A stretch of 64,000 bases of DNA from positions 10,415-74,414 of the forward strand of contig CAWEZM010000024.1 in NCBI GenBank assembly GCA_963813475.1, in the 5' to 3' direction. The translations under genes were made by a program, and so were the position numbers. Shown here piece after piece: positions 27,649 to 36,925 of this stretch (the first letter of the stretch is position 1; each line of letters begins with the position of its first letter). The notes below the pieces were generated by a model. The model was not told where the DNA came from. It saw nothing but the letters and a program-made list of their open reading frames with translations, and searched no databases. This DNA is from an uncultured Acidobacteriaceae bacterium. Its GTDB lineage: Bacteria; Acidobacteriota; Terriglobia; Terriglobales; Acidobacteriaceae.

Positions 27649-28425
27649 TCAAGTGGCGTGTTCAGGCTGGCGCGTTGTCAGCCATTGTGACAGAAAGATG
27701 GTGATGACGGAGAACACGAAGATAAGGGTGGCGATGGCGTTCATTTCCGGGGTTGCGCCGCGTCGCAGGCGTGACCAGATTTCGAGGGGCAAAGTGTTCT
27801 CCCTGCCGATGAGAAAAAAAGTAACGGCAATTTCATCCATAGAAAGAGTGAAGACCAGCAGCGCGGTGCCGAGGAGCGAAGTCCGCAGGCCGGGCAGTAC
27901 AATTCGCAACATTGTCTGCAGCCGGCTGGCCCCCAGGTCCGCGGAGGCTTCTTCAAGCGAGCGATCGAGCTTGGCCAGGCCGGCCAGGATTTCAGTCGCG
28001 GCCACCGCGGTCAGGGCGGTGGAGTGGCCGAGAATCACGGTGACCAGGCTGAGATGAAATCCACCGCTGACAGTCAACAACAAGAGGGAGATGCCGGTGA
28101 TCACGCCGGGCACGATCAGCGGCAGCAGCACCAACCGTTGAAATGCGGCCTTGCCGGGGAATGAATAACGATCGAGCGCATAGGCCGCGGGAAAGCCGAT
28201 CAAGATGGATAGAACTACGGTGGATAGGGCGACGATGGCGCTGTTGCCCACCGCAGTCCACATGGCGGAGTCGTCAAAGAGGATGCGGTACCAATTGAGG
28301 GTCAAGTGTTGTGGAGGAAATCCGCCTACGCCATCGAGGTTGAAGGAGTAAACGATCAGCACCACGATGGGCAGATAGAGAAAACCATACGCGGCACAGG
28401 CGAAGGTGGTGGAGAGCGCCTTCAT
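27649..28425 (-). CDS. ABC transporter permease (PotC-like)
   Basis: Six-helix BPD_transp_1 layout with the EAA-like loop LDRSLEEASADLGASRLQTMLRIVLP. Overlaps the upstream permease by 4 nt. Confidence 0.85.
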   Translation of the reverse strand: MKALSTTFACAAYGFLYLPIVVLIVYSFNLDGVGGFPPQHLTLNWYRILFDDSAMWTAVGNSAIVALSTVVLSILIGFPAAYALDRYSFPGKAAFQRLVLLPLIVPGVITGISLLLLTVSGGFHLSLVTVILGHSTALTAVAATEILAGLAKLDRSLEEASADLGASRLQTMLRIVLPGLRTSLLGTALLVFTLSMDEIAVTFFLIGRENTLPLEIWSRLRRGATPEMNAIATLIFVFSVITIFLSQWLTTRQPEHAT

Positions 28426-29273
28426 GCCATCCTCCAGCGGCGCTCCAGCCTTTGCGTGATGGTGAGAATGACAAGCACCATCATGAGGATGAGTACGGCA
28501 ACCGCGGCTCCCAGGGGCCAGTTGTAATCCGCACCGAAGAGGTTGGCGACGATGTTGGCGATCATCACGCTGCTTGGACCACCCAGGAGCAGCGGCGCCA
28601 GGAAGTCTCCAAAGCTGAGCAGAAAGGCGAAGGTCGCGCCGGAGAGAACTCCGGGCAGCGAGAGGGGAAGGATGACGCGAGTAAACGTCTGCCAGGCAGT
28701 GGCGCCCAGGTCGCTCGATGACTCGAGCAGTTCATGGGGGATCTTTTCGAGCGATGCCACGACTGGGAGCACCACGAAGGGCACATAGATGTGGGTCAGG
28801 GTCACGATCACGGCGAAGGGGCTGTATAAAAGAAAGCGCAAAGGGTGCCGGGTTGCGTGGGCCCAAAGCAACAGGGTATTCATCACGCCCTCGTTGCCGA
28901 AGATGACTTTCCACGCGTAGGCGCGCACCAGGTAGCTGATCCAGAGCGGGATAATGACGGCCTGGTAGAGAATCCGCTTGTACTTGCCCGCCTGAAAAAC
29001 GAGAAAGCATGCCAGGGGATAACCGATCAGCAGCGAGAGCACCACCACCGAGAAGGCGATGCGCATGGAGCGGAGAATGACGGTGACATAGAGTGGAGTC
29101 GTCGCCAGGTGCAGATAGTTGGCCAGGGTCGCGTGGCGAAGCAACTGCTGGCCAGCATCCAGGCTCCAGAAGCTGTAACAGAAGAGAAGACAGTAGGGCG
29201 TAAAGAGAAAGAGCGCAATCCAGGCGAAGGGCGGAAAGGCCACGAGCCATGCGGAGAGGCGTGCCCGGCGCAT
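28422..29273 (-). CDS. ABC transporter permease (PotB-like)
   Basis: EAA-like loop PHELLESSSDLGATAWQTFTRVILP; multi-pass membrane protein. Confidence 0.85.
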   Translation of the reverse strand: MRRARLSAWLVAFPPFAWIALFLFTPYCLLFCYSFWSLDAGQQLLRHATLANYLHLATTPLYVTVILRSMRIAFSVVVLSLLIGYPLACFLVFQAGKYKRILYQAVIIPLWISYLVRAYAWKVIFGNEGVMNTLLLWAHATRHPLRFLLYSPFAVIVTLTHIYVPFVVLPVVASLEKIPHELLESSSDLGATAWQTFTRVILPLSLPGVLSGATFAFLLSFGDFLAPLLLGGPSSVMIANIVANLFGADYNWPLGAAVAVLILMMVLVILTITQRLERRWRMA

Positions 29274-30305
29274 TTATTCCTGCTCCAGTGGGATCAGGTC
29301 CGGCGCCTGAAAGGCAAAGCCCCCGCCGTTGCTGAGCGGCCCGGCTATGCGCGCTGAAAGCTCCATGCCACCCGCACAGCGCAGGGTCAACAGAGAGTCG
29401 GCGCCGTGAAACTGTTCTGCAACTACCTCTGCGGCAAATTGCACCAGCTGCTCGCCGGCCTGCCCGGCGGGCGCAATGCACTCCGGGCGTAGAGAAAAAG
29501 TGACCGTGCCGTCTGCCACCTTTACCGGCACGGAGAAGGGCCCGCAGTTTGCCACACCATGTCGAACCGTCCCCTGGACAAGATTGCTCTTGCCCAGGAA
29601 CGACGCGGCGTAGGCAGTGCGCGGTGTGTTGTAGATGGCGCGCGGGCTGCCGCACTGCTCCACCTTGCCGTGGCGCAGCAGAACCACACGATCGGAGATG
29701 GCCAACGCTTCACTCTGGTCGTGAGTAACAAAGATGAAGGTGATGCCGACTTCGCGCTGCAGCAGCTTCAGCTCGCGCTGCATCTCCAGGCGCAGATTGG
29801 CGTCGAGCGCGGAGAGCGGTTCATCGAGCAGCAGCAGACGGGGCCGGTTGACCAGCGCCCGGGCCAGGGCCACACGCTGCTTTTGCCCTCCGCTAATCTG
29901 CCGGGGAAAGTGCCTGGCGAAGCGTTCCATGCGGACCTTTTCCAGGGCCTCGTTGACCCGCGAAGTCATCTCAGCACGCGCACAGCCTCGCACCCGCAAA
30001 CCATAGGCCACGTTGTCAAAGACGCTCATGTGGGGAAAAAGCGCGTAGCTCTGGAAGACAGTGTGGATGGGACGGCGATGGGGTGGCATAGCATCCAGGC
30101 TCTGGCCGTCGAGCAGAATGTGTCCCGAGGTCGCCTCTTCGAAACCAGCTAGAATGCGCAGCAATGTGGTTTTGCCGGAGCCGCTCTCGCCCAGCAGAGT
30201 AAGAAACTCGCCCTGCTCCACGTCCAACGAAATGGATGCGAGCACGGTGTGCTCGCCGAAACGTTTGCCTACGCTCTCCAGGCGCAGGAAGACGGCACCA
30301 CTCAT
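29274..30305 (-). CDS. ABC transporter ATP-binding protein (PotA-like)
   Basis: Walker A GESGSGKTTLL, signature ISGGQKQRVALARAL, Walker B LLLLDEPLSALD, and a C-terminal TOBE-like extension. Confidence 0.9.
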   Translation of the reverse strand: MSGAVFLRLESVGKRFGEHTVLASISLDVEQGEFLTLLGESGSGKTTLLRILAGFEEATSGHILLDGQSLDAMPPHRRPIHTVFQSYALFPHMSVFDNVAYGLRVRGCARAEMTSRVNEALEKVRMERFARHFPRQISGGQKQRVALARALVNRPRLLLLDEPLSALDANLRLEMQRELKLLQREVGITFIFVTHDQSEALAISDRVVLLRHGKVEQCGSPRAIYNTPRTAYAASFLGKSNLVQGTVRHGVANCGPFSVPVKVADGTVTFSLRPECIAPAGQAGEQLVQFAAEVVAEQFHGADSLLTLRCAGGMELSARIAGPLSNGGGFAFQAPDLIPLEQE

Positions 30306-30315
30306 GTTGCGCCCT

Positions 30316-31386
30316 TCATTGGCTGGCCTTCACTTCGTTCCAAATCTCGGTGTACTTTGCACGGCGGGGCACGTCTTGCCAGAAAACGATGCGGCGCTGG
30401 TAGTTATTGAGGTCGTCCAGGTGCAGGCTGCGGCGCTGGTCCGCGGTCATGAGCAGGGCGGCTTGCGGGTTGGCCGGAATATAGCCGGTCACATCGCTCA
30501 GCTGTTTCTGCGCCTGGGCGGAAATGAGGTAGTTCAGAAGCTGGTAGGCGAGTTCCTTGTTCTCGCTCGACGACGTAATCATCAGGTGATCGATCCACCC
30601 GGTGGTGCCTTCGGAGGGAATCTCTTCCTCGATGGGAATACCGCTCCAGCGCAGCTGGTTGGTCACCAGCGGCCAACCCATGGCCGCGACGATTTCGTGG
30701 TTTTGAAAGAGATTGGTCAACTCTCCGCCGGTGGTCCAAAGCTTGCGGATGTTCGGCTTGAGCGCGATGAGCTTCTGTTTCACTTGCTCCAGTTGCGCAT
30801 CGCTCAGGTTGTAGATGGCGGTTGGATCGGGCTTACCGAATCCGAGTACCTGCGCCGCCATGTACATGGTGGAAAGATCATCCCAGAACGCGAGTTTGTC
30901 GGCGAATTTTGGATCCCAGAGGTCGGCCCAGCTTGCGGGCGCCCTGGAGACGGCCCCGATGTCGTAGAGCAGGGGATTGGGACCCCAGGTAAAGGGCACG
31001 CCGTAGACTTTACCGTTTTGCCTGACCAGCGGCATGGATGTAAGGGTTGGCGAAAGCTGACTATAATTTGGAATTTTGGTCAGGTCGAGTGGGGCTACCA
31101 GGCCAGAGCGGCTGAGCATCGTGGCCACGTCGCTGGAAGGTGAGATCACGTCGTAATTGGAGGAAGCACCCCCGCGTAACTTGGCAACCAGCTCGTCGCT
31201 GGACCCCATATAGGCCGCGCTCACCTTGCATTGGCATTTGGCTTCGAATCCCTGGATGAAGGAAGGGTCGGCATAACCCTCCCACACCAGCAGGCTGAGC
31301 GTGGGAGGGGCCTTTTTGCAGCTGGAAAGAAGGGACAGTGCGGCCAGGCTGCACAGTAGGAGAAATCTTGTTGGCTTCGCGCTCAT
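30316..31386 (-). CDS. Periplasmic polyamine-type substrate-binding lipoprotein (PotD/PotF-like)
   Basis: Start set at ATG 31386. Lipobox LAALSLLSSC and SBP_bac_8-like body (LLVWEGYADP.., WDPKFADKLAFWDD..). Confidence 0.8.
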   Translation of the reverse strand: MSAKPTRFLLLCSLAALSLLSSCKKAPPTLSLLVWEGYADPSFIQGFEAKCQCKVSAAYMGSSDELVAKLRGGASSNYDVISPSSDVATMLSRSGLVAPLDLTKIPNYSQLSPTLTSMPLVRQNGKVYGVPFTWGPNPLLYDIGAVSRAPASWADLWDPKFADKLAFWDDLSTMYMAAQVLGFGKPDPTAIYNLSDAQLEQVKQKLIALKPNIRKLWTTGGELTNLFQNHEIVAAMGWPLVTNQLRWSGIPIEEEIPSEGTTGWIDHLMITSSSENKELAYQLLNYLISAQAQKQLSDVTGYIPANPQAALLMTADQRRSLHLDDLNNYQRRIVFWQDVPRRAKYTEIWNEVKASQ

Positions 31387-31670
31387 GGTGCTCCAAATCT
31401 TGCTCTGTGCATGGAACCCGGGTATGGGGCACCCCGGCCTTACGGGCTGCGAAAAGTCGGAAGAGGGATGGAGATTTGGCCCTCCGCGACTAAAGCCGGA
31501 CACGTTTACAACATAAATGTACGGGCCCAACAGATTGTTGAAAATCTCTGCACCGGTAGGAAAGCAATGTATCAGGCCAAAGAGTCTGCGCGCGAACCTG
31601 CCGGTCCAGAAGTCAGTCCCGCAGAGCCTGCCCTGCCTGCCCCGGCGTGCCGTGGGAGCTTGTCGAAGGG

Positions 31671-31772
31671 GACGGCTGAGAGTAGCCCAGGACGTGAGTC
31701 CTGGCTAGGATTTGACACCACGGAACAGTCCCGCCAGGGACGGCTGAGAATATCCCAGGACATGGTCCTGGG
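31671..31772. repeat. Two direct copies of a hairpin unit within an 870-bp repeat-mosaic intergenic region
   Basis: GACGGCTGAGAGTAGCCCAGGACGTGAGTCCTGG (31671-31704) and GACGGCTGAGAATATCCCAGGACATGGTCCTGGG (31739-31772). Each carries a CCAGGAC/GTCCTGG stem. Confidence 0.6.
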
Positions 31773-32404
31773 CATCCTCACCAATTCCGCGATGTTCAGC
31801 AAACCCAGACTGGCGTCTTTTAGCCCGTCCCTCCGGAACTCAGTTCTGAACTGCGATTCTCACGCAAACACTAAAGCCCGAAGTCTTCTCAATCATTTTA
31901 CGGGCCCGATTAAATGGGCTGCGGAAAAAGTCGGGCGGGGATGAAATGAGTCCCCGCAGCGGCTAAAGCTGTACCCATTTTGAAACCGTTACGCACAGGG
32001 TAAAGCTCGCTGCGGCGAGGTAGCCGTACCCTTCAAAGTCCAGAGTTTTCCTTAACCTGCGTAGCGGCGCAATGGATGGTCTGGCTAGTTTTCAAAAATT
32101 ACTATAAGGGTTTATTGGTGGCAACGTATAATTGGCTTGCCCGAAATGTCAGTTCTTTCCAGCTACGAAGAGTGCCCCATCGCCGGTACGTTCTGCCGGA
32201 TGCGCTGGTTTCTTCGCTATGCCCGCGGTGAAGGCCGGCTGTGCCGGCTGTCCAGTCCCATCCTCATCGAACGCTAGACCCGCACCGCGGCGTCTGCCGG
32301 GAAGTTTTTCATCAGTTGTCAGGTCACGAACAAGCGTCCGTACCTTACTGCTGTTGCCCGGACCTCTTTACTATTGACCGCCCCCTGGGCAAAGGAAAAA
32401 TCCC

Positions 32405-33769
32405 ATGTACCACCTTCTTGAGAAAGAACTCTCCAGCTTTGAATCCCGTACGCCCGGCTCGCGCGCTGCGTTGAAGCGGGCAGAACCACGCATGCCCCTT
32501 GGTGTAGCCAGCAACTTCCGCAGTTACGAGCCGTGGCCACTGTTTGTGAAAGACGCCAAGGGAAGCCACATTCACGACCTCGATGGCAACGAGTACATCG
32601 ATTTCAACTTGTGTTTTGGAGCCCTGATGGCCGGGCACTGTCACCCGGCTGTGGTGGCCGCGGTGCAAGAGCGTTTGGTCACCGGCACGATGTATGGCAT
32701 GCCGCATACCCTGGAATATGACCTTGCGGATGAAATCTGCCAGCGCTTCCCAGTGGAGCAGGTGCGTTTTGGCAGCAGCGGCACAGAAGTGACCATGCAC
32801 GCGATCCGCATCGCGCGCGGCTTTACGGGTCGCGACAAGATCATCAAGATGGAGGGCGCCTACCACGGCGTGCATGACTCCGTTCTGGTGAGCATGAAGC
32901 CCAAGCTCGAGCTGTGCGGCGATCCTGACCGGCCGAACCAGGTACCGGCCTCGGGTGGAGTCCCTGCCGATACGGTGAAGAACACGCTGGTGGCGCAGTT
33001 CAACGATCTCAAAGCTGTCGCCGGCCTCTTTGCCGAGAATCCAGGCCAGATTGCCGGTGTGATTGTGGAACCCGTCATGATGAATATCGGCATCTGCATG
33101 CCGGAGCCGGGATATCTGGAAGGATTGCGTGAGATCTGCACTCGCGAGGGTGCGCTGCTCATATTTGACGAGGTGAAGACGGGCGCCAAGCTGGGACGGG
33201 GCGGAGCCTGCGAGTACTTCAACATCAAGGCCGACATCGTGACGTTGGCCAAGTCTATCGGTGGGGGCTTCCCGTTGGCTGCCTTCGCAGCCAGCAAGCA
33301 GGTGATGAACGTGATCGCGCAGCAGAAGGTCTTTCACGCAGGTACCTATGCCACCAACCCGCTGGTGATGGCGGCTGGGATTGCTGTCTTCCGTGAAGTG
33401 CTCACGCCCGCGGGCTACGCGCACATTGCGAAGGTCAGCGATGCCCTTGTTTCCGGGTACAAGCAAATTGTGCAGAAGACCGGCCTCGAAGCCTACGTAG
33501 AGAGCGCCGGGTCGAATGGAGCGATGTTGCTCTATCCCAACAAGATTCGTAATTACCGCGATTGGCTGAAGGTGGATACGGATTTGTGGAAGCTCTACTG
33601 GTTCGGTATGTTGAACCGTGGAGTGATGGCGCAGCCTTACTGGTGGGATGAGCAGTGGACCATCTCCGTCGCTCACTCCATGGCCGATATTGACAAGCAC
33701 CTGTCGGCCTTTGAAGAAGTTGCACCGGCACTGGCCCAGGCGCAGCAAGAAAGCATGGCGCGGGCGTAG
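32405..33769 (+). CDS. Class-III (HemL/GSA-like) pyridoxal-phosphate aminotransferase
   Basis: PLFVKDAKGSHIHDLDGNEYIDFNLCFGALMAGHCHP, GSSGTEVTMHAIRIARGFTGRDKI, LIFDEVKTG.., TLAKSIGGGFPL. AAGGA lies upstream of the ATG. Confidence 0.85.
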   Translation: MYHLLEKELSSFESRTPGSRAALKRAEPRMPLGVASNFRSYEPWPLFVKDAKGSHIHDLDGNEYIDFNLCFGALMAGHCHPAVVAAVQERLVTGTMYGMPHTLEYDLADEICQRFPVEQVRFGSSGTEVTMHAIRIARGFTGRDKIIKMEGAYHGVHDSVLVSMKPKLELCGDPDRPNQVPASGGVPADTVKNTLVAQFNDLKAVAGLFAENPGQIAGVIVEPVMMNIGICMPEPGYLEGLREICTREGALLIFDEVKTGAKLGRGGACEYFNIKADIVTLAKSIGGGFPLAAFAASKQVMNVIAQQKVFHAGTYATNPLVMAAGIAVFREVLTPAGYAHIAKVSDALVSGYKQIVQKTGLEAYVESAGSNGAMLLYPNKIRNYRDWLKVDTDLWKLYWFGMLNRGVMAQPYWWDEQWTISVAHSMADIDKHLSAFEEVAPALAQAQQESMARA

Positions 33770-33827
33770 TCGTTTCATGGGCGGCGGTTATGCCGCCGCC
33801 CATAGCTAGCTTTCGAAAGGATCCCCC

Positions 33828-35300
33828 ATGGCGATCTCACAGACCAGTTCTGAACCGATGTTTATCAATGGTGAATGGACGGAAGGCACTTCCGGCAAGC
33901 GCATTCCTGTCTATGACCCTTCGACCGAAGAAGTGATTGCGGAGATTCCCGATGCCAGCGCGGCTGACATCGATGCCGCTGTCGCCGCGGCTCGCTATGC
34001 CTTCGACGAAGGTGGATGGCCGCAGACTACGGCCCAGGAGCGGGGCCGCATCCTCTTTCGCATCGCGGCCAAGCTTCGTGAGGAAGCCCCGCAGTTGGCG
34101 GAGTTGGAGTCGCGCAACTGCGGCAAGCCGATTGTCGAAGCGGAGTACGACATCGCCGATGCCGCCACGTGCTTTGAGTACTACGGAGGATTGGCCAATA
34201 AGGTCTCCGGCCTGGTGAATCCTGTTCCCGACAATGCACTCAGCCTCTCGTTGAAAGAGCCGGTCGGGGTTGCGGGGCAGATCATCCCCTGGAATTATCC
34301 GCTGGGTATGGCTGCGTGGAAGCTGGCACCGGCGATTGCCGCTGGCTGCACGTGCGTATTGAAGCCGGCTGAACAAACGCCGCTCACCATGTTGAAGCTG
34401 GCCGGTTGGCTGGCGGAGTGCGGAGTGCCTGCGGGAGTAGTCAACGTCGTGACGGGACTTGGGGAGACGGCGGGCGCCGCGATTGTGGCTCATCCTGGCG
34501 TCGACAAGGTGGCCTTCACGGGATCAGCCTCGGTGGGGAAGATCATCATGAAATCGGCCGCCGATACGCTTAAGCGGGTGACGCTAGAGCTGGGCGGCAA
34601 GTCGCCCAACATCTTTTTTGCGGATGCGGATTTTGAGGCAGCCATCGATGGCGCGCTCTTCGGCGTTTTCATCAACCAGGGCGAGGTCTGCTCAGCAGGC
34701 AGCAGGGTGCTCGTGCAGCGGTCGATTTATCCGAAGTTTGTCGAGGCCATGACGGAGAAGGCGCGCACGATCAAGCTGGGCCCGCCGCTGGATCGCTCCA
34801 CCAAGATGGGTCCGCTGGTCAGCAAAGAACAGTATGACCGGGTCTCTGCTTATCAGCAGCTGGGCAAGTCCGAAGGTAAGTTAGCGCTGGGCGGCGGGCG
34901 GCCCGCTTCTTTGACCCGCGGTTATTATGTCGAGCCGACGATCTTTTACGACGTAGACAACTCGGCGCGGATTGCTCGGGAAGAGATCTTTGGGCCGGTG
35001 GCTTGCGTGATTCCGTTTGAGGACGAGCGCGAGGCGCTCAAGATTGCGAACGACACCTCTTTCGGATTGGCCGCTGCTGTGTGGTCGCGCGATATCTATC
35101 GCGCTATGCGCATGGTGAAGGCTATCCGTGCCGGTATTGTGTGGGTCAATCACATGCAGCCTACTTGCGTAGAAGCGCCTTGGGGTGGGTTTAAGCAGTC
35201 GGGCTTCGGCAGGGAATTGGGGATTCACGGCATTGACGAGTATCTCGAGACCAAGCAGGTGTACATCAATCTGAATGAAGCGCCGATTGGATGGTATTGA
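33828..35300 (+). CDS. NAD(P)-dependent aldehyde dehydrogenase (aminoaldehyde/betaine-aldehyde DH-like)
   Basis: IIPWNYPL, VAFTGSASVGKIIM, LELGGKSPNIFFADAD, FINQGEVCSAGSR (catalytic Cys), EEIFGPV. Confidence 0.9.
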   Translation: MAISQTSSEPMFINGEWTEGTSGKRIPVYDPSTEEVIAEIPDASAADIDAAVAAARYAFDEGGWPQTTAQERGRILFRIAAKLREEAPQLAELESRNCGKPIVEAEYDIADAATCFEYYGGLANKVSGLVNPVPDNALSLSLKEPVGVAGQIIPWNYPLGMAAWKLAPAIAAGCTCVLKPAEQTPLTMLKLAGWLAECGVPAGVVNVVTGLGETAGAAIVAHPGVDKVAFTGSASVGKIIMKSAADTLKRVTLELGGKSPNIFFADADFEAAIDGALFGVFINQGEVCSAGSRVLVQRSIYPKFVEAMTEKARTIKLGPPLDRSTKMGPLVSKEQYDRVSAYQQLGKSEGKLALGGGRPASLTRGYYVEPTIFYDVDNSARIAREEIFGPVACVIPFEDEREALKIANDTSFGLAAAVWSRDIYRAMRMVKAIRAGIVWVNHMQPTCVEAPWGGFKQSGFGRELGIHGIDEYLETKQVYINLNEAPIGWY

Positions 35301-35304
35301 AACC

Positions 35305-36663
35305 ATGGCCAATATCCGACTGAAGACAGAGATTCCGGGGCCCAATTCGCGCGCGTTGACGGCGCGCCGGTTGCAGGCCATCCCGCGCGGGGTTTATGCC
35401 TCTACACCGCTGTTTGTCCGCCACGCCGAGGGCTCAATGCTCGAAGACGTGGACGGCAATCGCTTCATCGACCTGGGTGGAGGCATCGGCTGCGTCAACG
35501 TTGGCCACCGGAATTCTCGAGTGGTCAGCGCAGTGCGTGCACAGCTCGATGCTTTTCTTCATCTCTGCTTTCAGGTGACGGGCTACGAGGGCTACGTCGC
35601 CGTGACGGAGAAGCTCAACCAGCTCACGCCGGGCAGCTTTGCCAAGAAGACGTTCCTGGTGAACAGCGGCGCGGAGGCAGTGGAGAACGCGGTGAAGATT
35701 GCCCGCGCTTTCACTGGACGTCCCGCGGTGCTGTCGGTGGAGGATGGCTTTCACGGGCGCACCTTAGTGGGCATGTCTCTAACCAGCAAGACTCATCCGT
35801 ATAAGGAAGGCTTCGGGCCGTTTCTTCCGGATGTCTACCGCATCCCTTACGGGGTTCCGGCGAATGCGCGGCTTTCCAGCCGGGGTCCAATGACCGAGGG
35901 TCAAGTAGCCGAATTGCTCGACCAGACGTTCCGCCGAGTAGTGGCTGCCGAGTCGATTGCGGCTGTCGTGGTGGAGCCGGTGCTGGGTGAGGGCGGGTTT
36001 GTGGTGCCTCCTGCTGGATTTTTGCCGGCTCTGGCGAAGATCTGCCGTGAGCGCGGGATCGTCTTTGTCGCTGATGAGGTACAGACCGGCTTTGGCCGTA
36101 CTGGAGAGTTATTTGCCAGCTCACTCTTCGGGATCGAGCCGGATCTCATCCTCACTGCTAAGTCTCTCGGAGGCGGAATGCCGTTGGCGGCGATTACCGG
36201 GCGCGCGGAGATCATGGATGCTCCTGGGCCGGGTGGCTTGGGCGGCACGTTCGGGGGTAACCCCGCGTGTTGCGCCGCGGCATTGGCGGTCTTCGAGGAA
36301 CTCGCCGATGGAAAGCTGTTGGCGCGTGGCCGGTGGTTGGGTGAGGAATTTCAACGCCGGGCTACGGGGTGGCAACGGCAGCATCCCTTTATTGGAGATG
36401 TTCGCGGGGTTGGGGCCATGCAGGCGATGGAGTTTGTCGATGCCCATGGTGCTGCTTGCGCTCCGGCAGCAAAAAAGCTGGTGCAGCATTGCCTGCAACA
36501 TGGCGTGCTGTTGCTGACGGCAGGGACGTATGACAACGTCATCCGCTTGCTGATGCCGCTGAATATCAGCGATGAGGAATTCGGCGATGCTCTGCAGGTG
36601 TTGGAAGAGGGCCTGAGTGCGGTTGCGGCGGAGTTGGGTGAGCTTGCCGGTGCTGCTCACTAA
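35305..36663 (+). CDS. gabT: 4-aminobutyrate aminotransferase
   Basis: Aligns along its length with E. coli GabT as I recall it: RRLQAIPRGV.., FIDLGGGIGCVNVGH, NSGAEAVENAVKIAR, VVVEPVLGEGGF, ADEVQTGFGRTG, TAKSLGGGMPLAAITGRAEIMDAPGPGGLGGTFGGNP, IGDVRGVGAM. Start set at ATG 35305, 5 nt after the upstream stop. Confidence 0.85.
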   Translation: MANIRLKTEIPGPNSRALTARRLQAIPRGVYASTPLFVRHAEGSMLEDVDGNRFIDLGGGIGCVNVGHRNSRVVSAVRAQLDAFLHLCFQVTGYEGYVAVTEKLNQLTPGSFAKKTFLVNSGAEAVENAVKIARAFTGRPAVLSVEDGFHGRTLVGMSLTSKTHPYKEGFGPFLPDVYRIPYGVPANARLSSRGPMTEGQVAELLDQTFRRVVAAESIAAVVVEPVLGEGGFVVPPAGFLPALAKICRERGIVFVADEVQTGFGRTGELFASSLFGIEPDLILTAKSLGGGMPLAAITGRAEIMDAPGPGGLGGTFGGNPACCAAALAVFEELADGKLLARGRWLGEEFQRRATGWQRQHPFIGDVRGVGAMQAMEFVDAHGAACAPAAKKLVQHCLQHGVLLLTAGTYDNVIRLLMPLNISDEEFGDALQVLEEGLSAVAAELGELAGAAH

Positions 36664-36680
36664 GTAGAGTCTGTGCCTTA

Positions 36681-36886
36681 GCAGAACCCAATAGGAACTG
36701 GACGGGTGCCCCACGTTCGCCTCAGCGTACGTGGGCCGAAAATGATATGTTTCGACCGCTTTTCCTCGCTTAAGCGGCATTTGGTGATCGGTATGACAAA
36801 ACTTTTGTGGGGCTTTGCCCATCTTGTTCGGCCCACGTACGCCTTGGCGAACGTGGGGCACCCGTCCAGTTCCTATTGGGTTCTGC
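36681..36886. repeat. 60-nt-arm inverted repeat element inside the operon (between gabT and the GNAT gene)
   Basis: The left arm 36681-36740 and right arm 36827-36886 are reverse complements at 57 of 60 positions. The 86-nt spacer contains a small CCGCTT/AAGCGG hairpin. A related half-copy lies at 51087-51141. Confidence 0.8.
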
Positions 36887-36925
36887 TGCGAGCTTGGTAG
36901 TCTGAGAGATGTGTTCACGAATCCT

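Noticed and set aside
31671-31772. Possible CRISPR-like array from the repeated hairpin units
   Set aside because: There are only two imperfect copies, no regular spacer series and no cas genes in the window. They are interpreted as REP-like repeats.
32119-32140. Sigma-54 promoter (TGGCAACGTATAATTGGCTTGC) upstream of the aminotransferase operon
   Set aside because: The GG-to-GC spacing does not fit TGGCAC-N5-TTGC; it is off by 7 nt. The embedded TATAAT has no convincing -35 partner at a 17-bp spacing.
32345-33778. 477-aa minus-strand ORF spanning the whole aminotransferase gene
   Set aside because: It is an antisense shadow ORF of a GC-rich gene. The plus-strand product has clear class-III aminotransferase motifs. 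The minus-strand translation is Arg/His/Gly-rich with no motifs.
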